Source: Microthrixaceae bacterium (GTDB taxonomy: Bacteria > Actinomycetota > Acidimicrobiia > Acidimicrobiales > Iamiaceae). From it: a DNA stretch of 64,000 nucleotides. Below, one piece after another: positions 39,611 to 49,945 of this stretch. The translations under genes and the position numbers were made by a program. The stretch spans positions 256,265 to 320,264 of the forward strand of contig JADJDU010000003.1 of assembly GCA_016702505.1 (NCBI GenBank). The letters are read 5' to 3'. Below the pieces are notes generated by a model, which made no database searches, was not told where the DNA came from, and saw only the letters and a program-made list of their open reading frames with translations. Position 1 is the first letter of the stretch. Every line of letters begins with the position of its first letter.

Positions 39611-40675
39611 TCAGAAGAGGATCGGTAGCTGCTCGGCCGGGTAGTGCGATGGCGAGAAGAACCAGTGCTCCAGCGCGTAGCGGTTGGTGTCCATCCCCGG
39701 AGAGATGCCGGTGCGGTGGAGCAGGAGATCGTCGAAGAGAAGAGCGTCACCAGCGTTGAAGACCGGCCGGATCACCGGTGCATCGATTGCCAACTCGTCG
39801 GCCAAACCGTCGCCCACCGCCCAGTCGAACAACGCCCCGTGAGAACCGGTCTCGACCAACTCGTCGAGGCGGCGGGGAATCCACTCCAGGCCAGGGGCCG
39901 TGGAGTCTCCCCCGCAGTCGGTGAGCGTCACCCAGACGTTGCAGCTACGGATCCCACGGCTCATGAACGCCCCGTCTTGGTGCCAGCCCGTTCCCGTTGT
40001 GTAGGGGACATGACGCAGAGTGCCCTTCTTGAGGGACAGGGCCGGGCGTTCCCCGAAGTACTCGGTGAGAACGGCCTGGAGGTTGGCACCCTCGAAGAAA
40101 TCGAGCAGGGTCTTGAGCGCCCGCGGTGAATCGCCGGTGTACATGGAGCCCTGGGGTACCAAGAAGTGACGGCCACCCATCACGTCGTACTGGCCGTAGG
40201 CCTCACTGGGCTCGAAGAACGAGCACCACACCTCGGAGCCGTCTGAGCTGGTGCCCTCCACCCGTGCCTTGAACGCCGCCAAGGACTTGTCGATCACGCC
40301 CTTGAACTGCTCGACCTGTTCGGCGTCGAGCAACCCGCGCACGAGGAGACAGCCGTGGTGGCGCACCGCAGATGCCAGCTTGTCGGTGGTCAGTTCCGAG
40401 GCATCGATCTCGGGTGGTTCTACGCATCCTTCGAAAAGGTCCGGAACCGAGGGGGGCCATGACTCCCGACCACCGCTGCGGGCCACCTGGCTGAAAGCTC
40501 GATGACGAAGCTCGACCATTCGAACCTCGAGGGCATCGTCGGGCCTGACCTTCAACGCGTTCGCATAGTGCTGCACCGCAGACTGAAGGTCTCCTTCCTT
40601 CTCTGCGGCTCGACCGGCCTCAAGGGCCGCATCGGCGTCTGCGTGGTCCGTGGCAAGGGTTCCCGGAGGCGTCAT
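39611..40675 (-). CDS. PhyH-superfamily Fe(II)/2-oxoglutarate-dependent oxygenase with N-terminal TPR-like segment
   Basis: GTGWHQDGAF (HxD), a second His in LLLHRTGISPGMDTNRYALE with the conserved Arg. Paralog of 41308..42303. Confidence 0.65.
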   Translation of the reverse strand: MTPPGTLATDHADADAALEAGRAAEKEGDLQSAVQHYANALKVRPDDALEVRMVELRHRAFSQVARSGGRESWPPSVPDLFEGCVEPPEIDASELTTDKLASAVRHHGCLLVRGLLDAEQVEQFKGVIDKSLAAFKARVEGTSSDGSEVWCSFFEPSEAYGQYDVMGGRHFLVPQGSMYTGDSPRALKTLLDFFEGANLQAVLTEYFGERPALSLKKGTLRHVPYTTGTGWHQDGAFMSRGIRSCNVWVTLTDCGGDSTAPGLEWIPRRLDELVETGSHGALFDWAVGDGLADELAIDAPVIRPVFNAGDALLFDDLLLHRTGISPGMDTNRYALEHWFFSPSHYPAEQLPILF

Positions 40676-40684
40676 GGCCGGAAG

Positions 40685-41311
40685 CTACTTCGACAACGGC
40701 CGGGCGGGAACCCCCACAACGGTCGTTTTTGGAGCGACATCTGTCACTACGACGGCGTTGGCGCCGATCTGGGCGTCCTCACCGATCTTGACCGGTCCGA
40801 TCACCTTGGCACCCGTGCCGATGTGAGCCCGGGCCCCGACGACAGCACCGTTCACATTGCCCTCCTTGAGGCCGATCGTGACCCACGGACGCACCTCCAC
40901 GTGCGGCCCGATCTCTACGATCCCGTCGATCACCACCGCCCCATGGGGAAGGTAGAGCCCAGGAGCGACTACCACCGGATCACCGATGCACACCTGGCCG
41001 ATCATCATGGCCAACCGATGGAGTATCGACGGCAGAATCGGGACCTCGTGAACCTGGAGCGTCGCCTTCAGCCGATAGCAGAGCAAAGCGGCGAAAGCGT
41101 CGCTGCGCCAACAAAGCCTGATCACCTGGAGGACTAGGTCAGTCCGGGACCGAAACTCGTAACGCTCACCCCTGAACAGGCAGAAGATGCGCGCGTCCTC
41201 GCGCACCGCCCGTCTGAACGATGGGAAACGACGCCGGAACTTGCGCATCAGATCCCGACGTTGCGCCTTGGTTGGCCCCGGGGTCGTTGCCTTCACCCTC
41301 CGCCCACTCAT
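40685..41311 (-). CDS. hexapeptide-repeat O-acyltransferase (CysE/WcaB/NodL family)
   Basis: SATase_N-like helical region followed by left-handed beta-helix hexapeptide repeats (IGDPVVVAPGLYLPHGAVVIDG...IGANAVVVTDVAPKTTVVGVPARP). Confidence 0.75.
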   Translation of the reverse strand: MSGRRVKATTPGPTKAQRRDLMRKFRRRFPSFRRAVREDARIFCLFRGERYEFRSRTDLVLQVIRLCWRSDAFAALLCYRLKATLQVHEVPILPSILHRLAMMIGQVCIGDPVVVAPGLYLPHGAVVIDGIVEIGPHVEVRPWVTIGLKEGNVNGAVVGARAHIGTGAKVIGPVKIGEDAQIGANAVVVTDVAPKTTVVGVPARPLSK

Positions 41312-42303
41312 ACGAGGATCGGGACGTAGCGCTCAGGGAAGCACGAAGGCGCGAAGAACCATGACTCCAGGGCGTACCGATCGGCAGTGAACTCCCGCTC
41401 CGACGAAGACCGGTGAACGAAGAAGTCATCGAAGAAGATCGCATCGCCAGGCGCAAACGACGGGGTCTCGGGCGGAGCGTCCACGGCCACCTCGTCGACG
41501 AGACCTTGGCCTATCGAGTTGGGGAAGATCGATCCCTTGGTGCCGGTCTCCAGTATCTCGTTCACCCTCTTGGGCACGATGTCCAAGCCCGGAGCGGGAT
41601 GGTCTCCACCGCAGTGCGACAACGACAGCCACAGGTCGATGGCCCTGATCCCCGCACCGATGAAGGCCCCATCTTGGTGCCAGGTGGGGGCCGATTCCCG
41701 CAGGCGCCGCAGAACGCACTTGTTGTAGGAGAGAGCCGGACGCTCCCCCAGATAGCCGGTCACGGTGTCGATAACGCCTTTGGCCCGAAAGATCTCCAGG
41801 ACCTCCAACATCATCTCTGGCGCATCGGCAACCAACATCCCTCCGACCTCGCGCACCCAGGCTCGTTCGGTGGGGACGCTGGCGGCATCTACCTGGAAGG
41901 GACGGTAGGACCCGTTGCCCTCTGGACCTCCAGCGCTGGGATCGTCGTCTCGGTCTCCCAGCACATCGAGTGCCCGGGCCTTCACCGCCGAGACCTCCTC
42001 GGGGGACAACAAGCCGCGGACTATCACGCCACCGTGGTGGAGGATGCTCCCTCCCACCACGTCAACCGAGATCTGATCAGGAATGATCTCGGGAATCCCG
42101 GTTACCTCAGGGAAGGGATCGGATAGGTCCGGCGGCCAAGATGCCCGCAGCGACGGACCTCGTTCCCGGCCGAAGGCATCATGACGAAGCCTCACGATCT
42201 GGCGGGCAAGGTCAGAGTCGGGGTTGTGGCGGTACTCCTCGGTGAGGATGTCGACCGCCGCCATGACCCGACCCCCACCGTCGGAAACCAACGAACCTGT
42301 CAT
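41308..42303 (-). CDS. PhyH-superfamily Fe(II)/2OG oxygenase, paralog of 39611..40675
   Basis: TWHQDGAF; FFVHRSSSEREFTADRYALESWFF. Confidence 0.65.
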   Translation of the reverse strand: MTGSLVSDGGGRVMAAVDILTEEYRHNPDSDLARQIVRLRHDAFGRERGPSLRASWPPDLSDPFPEVTGIPEIIPDQISVDVVGGSILHHGGVIVRGLLSPEEVSAVKARALDVLGDRDDDPSAGGPEGNGSYRPFQVDAASVPTERAWVREVGGMLVADAPEMMLEVLEIFRAKGVIDTVTGYLGERPALSYNKCVLRRLRESAPTWHQDGAFIGAGIRAIDLWLSLSHCGGDHPAPGLDIVPKRVNEILETGTKGSIFPNSIGQGLVDEVAVDAPPETPSFAPGDAIFFDDFFVHRSSSEREFTADRYALESWFFAPSCFPERYVPILV

Positions 42304-42938
42304 GCGGATGTCCTCCGTGTCGATGCACCCTGGGGCGCCTGATCTTCCGGCGCTATCACCGGGGTCGCCTGGGGTTCCTTCTTGCTGTTTGCGCCCACCG
42401 GACGGGCCGGTACGCCAGCCACCCGACTGTGCGCCGCCACGTCGCCGGTGACCACCGCGTTGGCGCCTATTCGGGTGTGGGCTCCAACCGATGCCGGTCC
42501 GTTGATGACCGCGCCAGTACCAACCCTCACATCGGTCCCGATGGTCACCTCTCCTCCAGAGGAGTCAATGGTGGACCACGGGAACATCACAACGCCGTCA
42601 GCCAGGCGAACCGGTCCGCGTAGGTCCACCTGACCATGGGCCAGGTACAGCCCTGGCCCCACCACCGCTTCGGGCCCGATGTGAACCTGGGCCACGACGG
42701 CGGCGGCCACCTTCATGAGGCGAGGAACCAACGGAACGCCATGCTGGCGGGCAGAGGCCCCAATTCGGTAACAGACCTGGGCCAGGTAGGCATCGCTTTC
42801 GAGAGCGAGCCTCACCATCTGCCCGGCGGTCACCCAACGGTTGCCCATGCGGTGGTACTCGCCCCTGAACCGGGCCGCGGCTCTGGCATCCGCGACCAAG
42901 GCCGAAACGAGCGGCGGCGATTCAGAGTTGGTGGGCAC
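42300..42938 (-). CDS. hexapeptide-repeat O-acyltransferase (CysE/WcaB family), paralog of 40685..41311
   Basis: Hexapeptide repeats ...IGANAVVTGDVAAHSRVAGVPARP. A 4-nt overlap couples it to the downstream oxygenase. Confidence 0.75.
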   Translation of the reverse strand: MPTNSESPPLVSALVADARAAARFRGEYHRMGNRWVTAGQMVRLALESDAYLAQVCYRIGASARQHGVPLVPRLMKVAAAVVAQVHIGPEAVVGPGLYLAHGQVDLRGPVRLADGVVMFPWSTIDSSGGEVTIGTDVRVGTGAVINGPASVGAHTRIGANAVVTGDVAAHSRVAGVPARPVGANSKKEPQATPVIAPEDQAPQGASTRRTSA

Positions 42939-43079
42939 GATGGTGTGATCTACCGGCGGGCTGACGGACGGGGACCATCCCGGGACCAGGGAGGTGGGGG
43001 GATGGTAGCGGGAGCACGACGGTTGATCCGCGTGACATCGGGCCCTTCTGGTCGGGTCCTTTTGACCTACCGCCCGAGC

Positions 43080-43922
43080 TCAACCCAACGGCTTTCGCCA
43101 GTACGCCCCGGTCCAATCCACCGGGTGGATCTCGGCCTCTATCGAATGCTTCTTCCGATAGTCGTGAACCGCCTCCTGGCAGGCAGGAATGCAGCCGTAG
43201 TCGTCGATGATGACGAACCCGCCGGGTGAGACCCGCGGCTCGAGGTTGACCAAGGCGTCCATGGTCGACTCGTAGAGATCTCCGTCGAGCCTAAGGACAG
43301 CGACATCACCTATGGGAGCGGTGGGCAGGGACTCGGAGAACCACCCCTCCACGAACCTGACCTGGTCGTCGAGCAGGCCATAGCGGGCGAAGTTCGCCTT
43401 CACCTGTTCGACCGATACCGCCAACCCCAGGTCCAGAATCGCCTTGGCATCGGGGTTGGAGACCTGCATGGATGCATCAGCCGGGTAACGGTCCGGGTCT
43501 GGTTCGGGCAGGCCTTGGAACGAATCGCACACCCATACGGTTCTGTCGGTGACACCGAGGGTGGCGAGTACCGCCTTCATGAGAATGACCGTGCCCCCAC
43601 GCCACACCCCGGTTTCGACGAGGTCACCTCGAACCCCCTCGGCGACAACTCGCCTCACCAGAGCCTCGACGTTGTCCAACCGGGCCCGGCTCACCATCGT
43701 CTCAGCGCTTCCCGGTATCCAGTCCTGGCCGATCGTCGATCGATCATCAGCGCTCATCCGTCGCACCAGCCGCCACCCGTTGGCGTGAAGAACATCCCAG
43801 ACATCGTTGGGGGGGCCAAGGACCTCACTTGGCTGCCAGTGCAAGACATCGAGGACCTCATCGTCGGGGAAGAGGTCTCGGGTCAGGCAACCCTTCAGTA
43901 GGTCCAGGTATCGCTGGGCCAT
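43080..43922 (-). CDS. TylF/MycF-family class I SAM-dependent sugar O-methyltransferase
   Basis: MAQRYLDLLKGCLTRDL...TMVSRARLDNVEALVRRVV...GDLVETGVWRGGT...VWVCDSFQGLPEPD...VLRLDGDLYEST...GFVIIDDYGCIPACQEAV closely matches TylF/MycF. Confidence 0.8.
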   Translation of the reverse strand: MAQRYLDLLKGCLTRDLFPDDEVLDVLHWQPSEVLGPPNDVWDVLHANGWRLVRRMSADDRSTIGQDWIPGSAETMVSRARLDNVEALVRRVVAEGVRGDLVETGVWRGGTVILMKAVLATLGVTDRTVWVCDSFQGLPEPDPDRYPADASMQVSNPDAKAILDLGLAVSVEQVKANFARYGLLDDQVRFVEGWFSESLPTAPIGDVAVLRLDGDLYESTMDALVNLEPRVSPGGFVIIDDYGCIPACQEAVHDYRKKHSIEAEIHPVDWTGAYWRKPLG

Positions 43923-44027
43923 CGCGTTGTCGCCGGTTGGAGGATCAATGGTGGGGCTGGGCACGGCGGGCAGGATAGATCGCTCAGAGCACACCGATCG
44001 GTTCGTTGTGGCCCGGCACACCTGGGC

Positions 44028-45172
44028 TCACGGGGTGTCGCCGTCGCCACCTTCGCCACCCTGGTTCGCCATGAGGTGAGCGATCAGCTTCTGACGCACC
44101 TCCTCATTGGTCTCAGCCAACTGGGCGAACAGGATCTTCTCGTGCTCCTCGATCGAGACGGTGGTGAGGGTCCAGCCCTCCCGGCCGTGAGCAGCCCCGG
44201 GACCACCCCGATACGGCACCGCCGGAGCATCATCGACCACGAAATCCCACTCGGCATAAAAGTCCTTACGAGTCCAAGCCAACGTCGAAGGCGTCTCACC
44301 CGGACGCTGAGTCCGCAACGGCCCCACGAACACCTGACCCAACCCAACCCCAGAACCAGCACCCATCAAACCAGGCGGCGGACGATCGAAATACGTCCGC
44401 CAATACCGCTCCGAGAAGAACAACGCGCAGTAATCCAACCGGTGGTACTCATCGATGAACATGTACCCGTCATCGACCAGATACGGCCACAAACCAATCA
44501 CACACTCATGGAAACTGGACTGATAATCCACATCCACATACGCACACACGATCGGCTCAGAGTGCGAACCCATCGTGTCCGAGAACCACCCCTTACGGAA
44601 CTCACACACCTCCACCGCCCCAAACCGCGTGACGTTGGAACGCACCTCCTCCAACTCACCCTTGAACGCCCCCTCACCCATCTCACTGGCCCAATGATCG
44701 CCCTCCACCGCCGGCGGCAACCCTTCGAAGCTGTCATAGACGATCAAGCTCCGACCCGCCGCCTGAGCGATCAACGACAAGTTCGCAGTAGTACCACCCT
44801 TCCAACACCCCGCCTCCACCATCACACCTCAACCGAGCGCGGCACCGACAACACCTTCGCCGCAATGGCCAGATGCCCCCGATAGCTCAACCCGGTCTGG
44901 ATCTTGGTCGTGTTCCGACGCATGCGTCGCGCCAACCCGAACCGCTTACGCCACGTCAACCCGTGCGAAGGATCGATCGGAGCCCCATAGAACAAGAACA
45001 ACGTCAAATGAAACCACGACGCCGCCTCATAGGCGTCCGCAACCCGCCTCACCAACCGCGTACGCCGACCTTTCGAAAAACGCTGCGAAACCGCGGCCCG
45101 AACACGCCGACGAAGTCCAAACCCCTTAGATGACACGAGGCGCGACCGTAGTGCCCCCCTGCCACCGCGCAC
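44028..45172 (-). CDS. TylF-family O-methyltransferase, apparently split by a frameshift at ~44822 (C-terminal part 44028..44825; possible N-terminal part 44822..45172)
   Basis: C-part: VEAGCWKGGTTANLSL...IVYDSFEGLPP...DVDYQSSFHECV. The upstream ORF ends ...LAIAAKVLSVPRSVEV* with its stop overlapping the C-part start codon (ATGA). The N-part match to TylF is weak. Confidence 0.5.
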
Positions 45173-45191
45173 GGCGGCTGACCGCCAACCG

Positions 45192-47144
45192 TCAAGGAGC
45201 CGTCAGCGACACGTGGAACATCGGATCTCGACCAGGGTGATGGCCGATCGAGGGTCCTGGGTGGTCAGGAATCCTCGACTGCCCGGCCAGGCAGAAGCCC
45301 AGCCCGATCGGACCAGCGGTCGGACGAACCGGTGCCGATCCCAACTGCACCGACGGCCAGTCACTCGCCGGATCACCCCCCATGAAGGTCGGATCCGACC
45401 CCGAGGCGACCAGCACCGCCACCCACCACCGGACGCCGGCGTCGAGCACCACCGCATCCACAAGCGCCGCCCCGAACACCCCCGACCCTTCCAGCTCGAT
45501 CCCCGCTGGTCCGGTAGAGGTGACCACCGCACCTGGCCGCCCATCCGCGGCGGTGGACACCACTGCGGCCGTCACCGAAACACCGGCCTGCGCCGACACC
45601 ACTTCCAACCAGATGTCGGTGGCCCGGGCCGGTGCCGCCAGCACCGGCAACGGCATCCACATCACCACACCTCGCTCCAGCACCGTCCCGACCCCTGACG
45701 CCCGCAGCGACGAAACGGCGCATGGGACGGGGGCCAGGAATCCTCCCTGGCTCCCCATCGAGTTGGCGAGAACCGTGGTTGCGCCTCCCGGAAAGCTAGC
45801 GATCAACTCGGCCCGCCCCCCGGTGTCCCGAGCGGTGAGCACCGGGTCAGGCAATCCGGAATCCACCCGTTCGGCAGGGGTCAACCGCAACCGCGCCAGA
45901 TCTACCTGCCCGGATCCACTGTTGACGGCCAAGCTCCCGACCCCCGCCCGGGAGAGGAAGGTGTCCATCGGCATGGAGCCGCCGGGTCCAAGCCCAAGGG
46001 TGGGGCCTGGGAGCCCAATGAGATCCAGGACAGGACGAGACGCTGACAGGCCCCAAGCCAGCTCCGGATCATCCTGGTGTACCCGGCCGGCCAGCACCGC
46101 TCCACCCAGTTTTGTGGAGACCGAAATGGTCCCAGCGCCTGGGCTCCACTCCTGTTCGCGGTGCAGCGAACTGACCACCTGCGATAGCAGTGATGCAGCC
46201 ACGATTCCGGGGGCGATAGCCGCGGCAGCATGACCCGCAGCGATCGCCGACGTGATCGATGCCGGATGGACACCGTCGAGCGTCGGGAGCCGGCCAAGAG
46301 CACCGGCTCCATCGATCAGCAGGCACCCCAGGCGTTGGGCCACCCGACGTCCCGCCTCGGCGTGGTCCGGTGTGAACTGCGAGCTGATCGGGGCCAACCA
46401 AAGGGCAACGTCCGTCTCTGGGCGCCGCGCCTGGATGCCGGTGACCAGCCGGGAGACATCGCCCTCATAGTCATCATCGTTGGTGCCGGTGCCGACCACC
46501 ACCAGGTCCGGTCGGATCGTGTCCAGAGCATCGAGAACCCAGCCGGGGTTCTCGAGGAAATCGAGGCTGGTGCTTCCACTGCGGACGGCGGGCCAGACCC
46601 TCACTCCCTGGTGCGCGTTGTGCTGGTGGACGTAGACGCCCTCCAACACCGAGGTACCCCCCTGAGATTCGATCACCAACTCCACCGGAGACGATCCGTC
46701 GGACCTGGTGAACAACGAGAGTCGCGAATGAGCCACGACCCCCTCCGTGTCGATGACGCCCATGACGCCGTCACCCCAAGTGACCCTCAACTGACCGGCA
46801 TCGGGTCGACGCGTCCAAACGACGGAGAGGGCTTGACCGCCAACCTCGACCCGCGCCCTCTGACCCACCTCCAGCAAAACCGACCGACCGCCGAGGCCAC
46901 ATTCCGGGTCCGGAGGTGCCCCTGCCGCGCTGGACAACGGGTTCACGTAGGCGTTGTCGCTGGCCCTGCGGTACTGGACGGTCTCGACCCGATTCGAGAG
47001 CAGCTCACCGAGTTGCCACGGAATCGGGTTACCCGTCGCGTTCAGCTCGCTGATCGAGTCTCCGAGCCAGATGATGTTCGCTATCGCCGAGCCCGCTTGG
47101 GCGTCACGGAGCTTCGCCGCCCAACGGGACTCCTCGATCAACAC
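45192..47144 (-). CDS. SGNH/GDSL hydrolase-family protein with ~350-aa Gly/Ala/Val-rich C-terminal extension
   Basis: Block I IIWLGDSISE, block III VVVGTGTNDDD, block V DGVHP. C-terminal half is repetitive, small-residue-rich and of unknown fold. Confidence 0.65.
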   Translation of the reverse strand: MLIEESRWAAKLRDAQAGSAIANIIWLGDSISELNATGNPIPWQLGELLSNRVETVQYRRASDNAYVNPLSSAAGAPPDPECGLGGRSVLLEVGQRARVEVGGQALSVVWTRRPDAGQLRVTWGDGVMGVIDTEGVVAHSRLSLFTRSDGSSPVELVIESQGGTSVLEGVYVHQHNAHQGVRVWPAVRSGSTSLDFLENPGWVLDALDTIRPDLVVVGTGTNDDDYEGDVSRLVTGIQARRPETDVALWLAPISSQFTPDHAEAGRRVAQRLGCLLIDGAGALGRLPTLDGVHPASITSAIAAGHAAAAIAPGIVAASLLSQVVSSLHREQEWSPGAGTISVSTKLGGAVLAGRVHQDDPELAWGLSASRPVLDLIGLPGPTLGLGPGGSMPMDTFLSRAGVGSLAVNSGSGQVDLARLRLTPAERVDSGLPDPVLTARDTGGRAELIASFPGGATTVLANSMGSQGGFLAPVPCAVSSLRASGVGTVLERGVVMWMPLPVLAAPARATDIWLEVVSAQAGVSVTAAVVSTAADGRPGAVVTSTGPAGIELEGSGVFGAALVDAVVLDAGVRWWVAVLVASGSDPTFMGGDPASDWPSVQLGSAPVRPTAGPIGLGFCLAGQSRIPDHPGPSIGHHPGRDPMFHVSLTAP

Positions 47145-47156
47145 GGTTCGGAGTTG

Positions 47157-49829
47157 TCAGTTGGCCATCCCGTGCGCGGCCAGCGTCCGCTCAACGGGTG
47201 AGTGCAGCTCCCAGTGGAGGTACTCGTCAATGTCGGTATCGAAACCCAGTCCGATATCGCAGAGCCGGTGAGGATCCTCAACCGTGAAGGAGGCAGGACC
47301 ATAGGACTCCAGCGGAGGGACGTGGTCGGCCCAGTCTGTCCTGTGCCCGGAATCTTTGGCCTTCAACACGTCGCGGTACCAGGCTCCGACATCGTGACCC
47401 ACCTCGATCGTGTAGGGGAACTTCCGACCCTGGGCGGGGAGGACGGCATGTTGGGCCGCCAAGACAGCATCGAGCCCTGAACCAGGCGGCACGCCGAGTC
47501 GCTCGACCGCGAAGCGCCCCATCTCGTCGATGAAGAGGCGCCAGCTCACGGGAGGCACCATGGTCACCGGCACCACCCGGGTAGCGGTGGTGATCGTGGG
47601 GTAGGCCTCCGGCTCGTTCTGGGTCAGCTCTCGCAACGCCTCGATCAGGTCTGCTTCTCGCAGGCCAACGGTATGGCGCAGATACCTGGCCGTGAGGCGC
47701 AACACCGCGAAGTTCTCCATCAGGCGGAACACCGCTCGGAGCTGGAGCATCACGTCGTAATCCTCCCGGGTGAAGCTGGAGGACGAGACCACCAGCGCAC
47801 GTCCGAGTCCTGCTGACCCCCGAGACGGGATCGCGGGCGACGGCGATCGGTCGATTCGCTCGGTCCGGATCTGGTTCTCAGTCCTGTAGGACGGTTCGTT
47901 CATCGGGCTGTTGATCAGCATCTCGGTCTGGAAGACCTTTGCGTTGATCTCACGATCTATGCACTGCTGGAAGTCCTCTCGCACCGAGGCGGTCGTAGCT
48001 CCGGGTAGACCGATCATGAGATCAACCATCAGCGGAAGCTGGGCCTGGCGGAACTCACGGGCGAGATCGTCGTACTTCTCGACCTTGATGTTCTTCCGCC
48101 GAATGGTGGCCAGCGTGTCGTCGTCCATCGACTGCAACGAGAGAAGCCCTTCGGTGACAACGCCAGCTCCGGCCATCACCTGAACGATCTTCTGAAGGTA
48201 CTTGACCGTGTTCTTGGCGTAGTTGGTGACGAAGCTTCCGGGATAGCCCTTGGTCGTATACAGCTCCGCGACCTTCTCCGCGATCTGGACGTCCTGGTCG
48301 AAGATGCCGAAGTTGGCGTCGCAGAGGAAGATCTTCTCGACCTTGTTGTCTGCGCACCACTCGAGCTCCGCGAAGATCCGCTCCAGGTCGAACTTCCTGA
48401 TCCTCGAGGCAGTGCTCGATCCCCAGTCGCAGTAGGTGCAGCTGTAGGGACACCCACGGTTTGTCTCGATCATGGCCGTATTGATCACACCGCCACCGAA
48501 CGGCTCGTACAGGCCTGTCAGATACGGCGATGGCACCACGTTGATGTCGGTCAGCCGGTCGCGGTCCGCCGTCCGCACGACGCCATTGGGGCCTCGGTAA
48601 CTCAGGCCCGGCACCGAATCGAGGACCGAGAGGTCTCGCTCCTCGTCATCTCTAATGGGTGCCAACGCGGCCAACAGCTCGGCAAAGGTCACCTCGCCTT
48701 CGCCATGGACCACCACATCGATGAACGGGTTGGCAGCGAAGTAGGCCTCGACATCGCCCGGGTACTTGGGGGAGTCGGGTCCGCCATGGATCGTGATCGC
48801 CCTCGAGCTGCGATCCTTGATGATCTTGGAGCTCTCCAGGTTGACGCCGTGGGACCACACGTAGTTGCTGAACATGAAGACCGAGCCGTCGTCTATCAGC
48901 GACTCAAGCACGTCCGGGTACATGAAGGTGGCCGGGAGGAAGTCGTAGCTCTCCAAGAGCTGACCCTCGTTCCATGCCGATGCATATGACACCAACATCC
49001 CGAGTGACAACGGCATGATCAGCTGGTCATAGATCGGGATGACCGCAGTTCGGCGAACACCGGTCTCCGCCTGCTGGGCGTAGCGCTGCTCGATTCGATC
49101 TTCGAAATCAGATCGCAGGTGGGCCTGGGTTTCGATCGCCTTGGCGAACAGGTGACTAGCAATGAACTCCTGGCGAGAGGAGGTCTGCATCGACTCGGAT
49201 CGTCCGACGATGCGCGATGCCAGGAGGATCCCGGCCGTTTCCATGAAACGGTCCTCAGTCAGCGCCGCCCGGCCCGCCTGCTCGACGTGGGCCGCAAAGG
49301 CCGCCTCGACCGATTGCGAGGTGCTCAAGTTCACGGCAGCGAGCACCTGAGCTGCGCTCAACACCGCCCGGACACCTCCGTCGTGGTCGAGCGCGTAGTA
49401 GCTGCCATCAGCCACCGTCAAGAGGATCGGGCTCCCGATGTCGAGATTGTCAGACATCGCTACTGCTTCGGCTGCCCCCTGTCCCTCCGACGAACCGCGG
49501 GACGGCACCACCGCTCTGTTGGAGCCCTCGACCAACTTGCGCTCCCGCAAGTAGAAGAGCGTGACGTGAAGGTCGAATGCGGGCACGCTCCAGTCAGCCG
49601 ATATCTCCTCGATCAGGGGAGAAACGTCTCGAACCTCGGGCCCCGACAACTCAGCCATCAAGGCTAGATCGGCACCGGCGATCACAATCTCGGGAAGCAT
49701 GTCGATCTTGGGAATGCACACTCCTTCGCGACGGAGCATGACGGTGGCGAAACGGCTGAGCCGCGCGCCGTCTGCGGATGATGCTTCAGAGTGTTGGCTC
49801 TCACGCGTAGTTGAGATGTCGGTCATCAA
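47157..49829 (-). CDS. B12-binding radical SAM enzyme (class B rSAM) with ~250-aa N-terminal and ~250-aa C-terminal extensions
   Basis: Cobalamin-binding region (ITIHGGPDSPKYPGDV...VVVHGEGEVTF) followed by IETNRGCPYSCTYCDWG (CxxxCxxC). Confidence 0.85.
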   Translation of the reverse strand: MMTDISTTRESQHSEASSADGARLSRFATVMLRREGVCIPKIDMLPEIVIAGADLALMAELSGPEVRDVSPLIEEISADWSVPAFDLHVTLFYLRERKLVEGSNRAVVPSRGSSEGQGAAEAVAMSDNLDIGSPILLTVADGSYYALDHDGGVRAVLSAAQVLAAVNLSTSQSVEAAFAAHVEQAGRAALTEDRFMETAGILLASRIVGRSESMQTSSRQEFIASHLFAKAIETQAHLRSDFEDRIEQRYAQQAETGVRRTAVIPIYDQLIMPLSLGMLVSYASAWNEGQLLESYDFLPATFMYPDVLESLIDDGSVFMFSNYVWSHGVNLESSKIIKDRSSRAITIHGGPDSPKYPGDVEAYFAANPFIDVVVHGEGEVTFAELLAALAPIRDDEERDLSVLDSVPGLSYRGPNGVVRTADRDRLTDINVVPSPYLTGLYEPFGGGVINTAMIETNRGCPYSCTYCDWGSSTASRIRKFDLERIFAELEWCADNKVEKIFLCDANFGIFDQDVQIAEKVAELYTTKGYPGSFVTNYAKNTVKYLQKIVQVMAGAGVVTEGLLSLQSMDDDTLATIRRKNIKVEKYDDLAREFRQAQLPLMVDLMIGLPGATTASVREDFQQCIDREINAKVFQTEMLINSPMNEPSYRTENQIRTERIDRSPSPAIPSRGSAGLGRALVVSSSSFTREDYDVMLQLRAVFRLMENFAVLRLTARYLRHTVGLREADLIEALRELTQNEPEAYPTITTATRVVPVTMVPPVSWRLFIDEMGRFAVERLGVPPGSGLDAVLAAQHAVLPAQGRKFPYTIEVGHDVGAWYRDVLKAKDSGHRTDWADHVPPLESYGPASFTVEDPHRLCDIGLGFDTDIDEYLHWELHSPVERTLAAHGMAN

Positions 49830-49945
49830 GTTCCCCTACCAGGCACACCTGGAACCTGCGCCCGTTGGCGCTGTGGACAGGATCCCACCCTATCGCCGGG
49901 TCGGGCCCGATGCCGATGGGCCGGGGCCCAAAGGTCGCAGGTGGG

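Noticed and set aside
45382-46233. 283-aa plus ORF and overlapping 45373..45723 minus ORF
   Set aside because: Lie within or antisense to the SGNH hydrolase C-terminal region; Ala/Thr/Pro low complexity.
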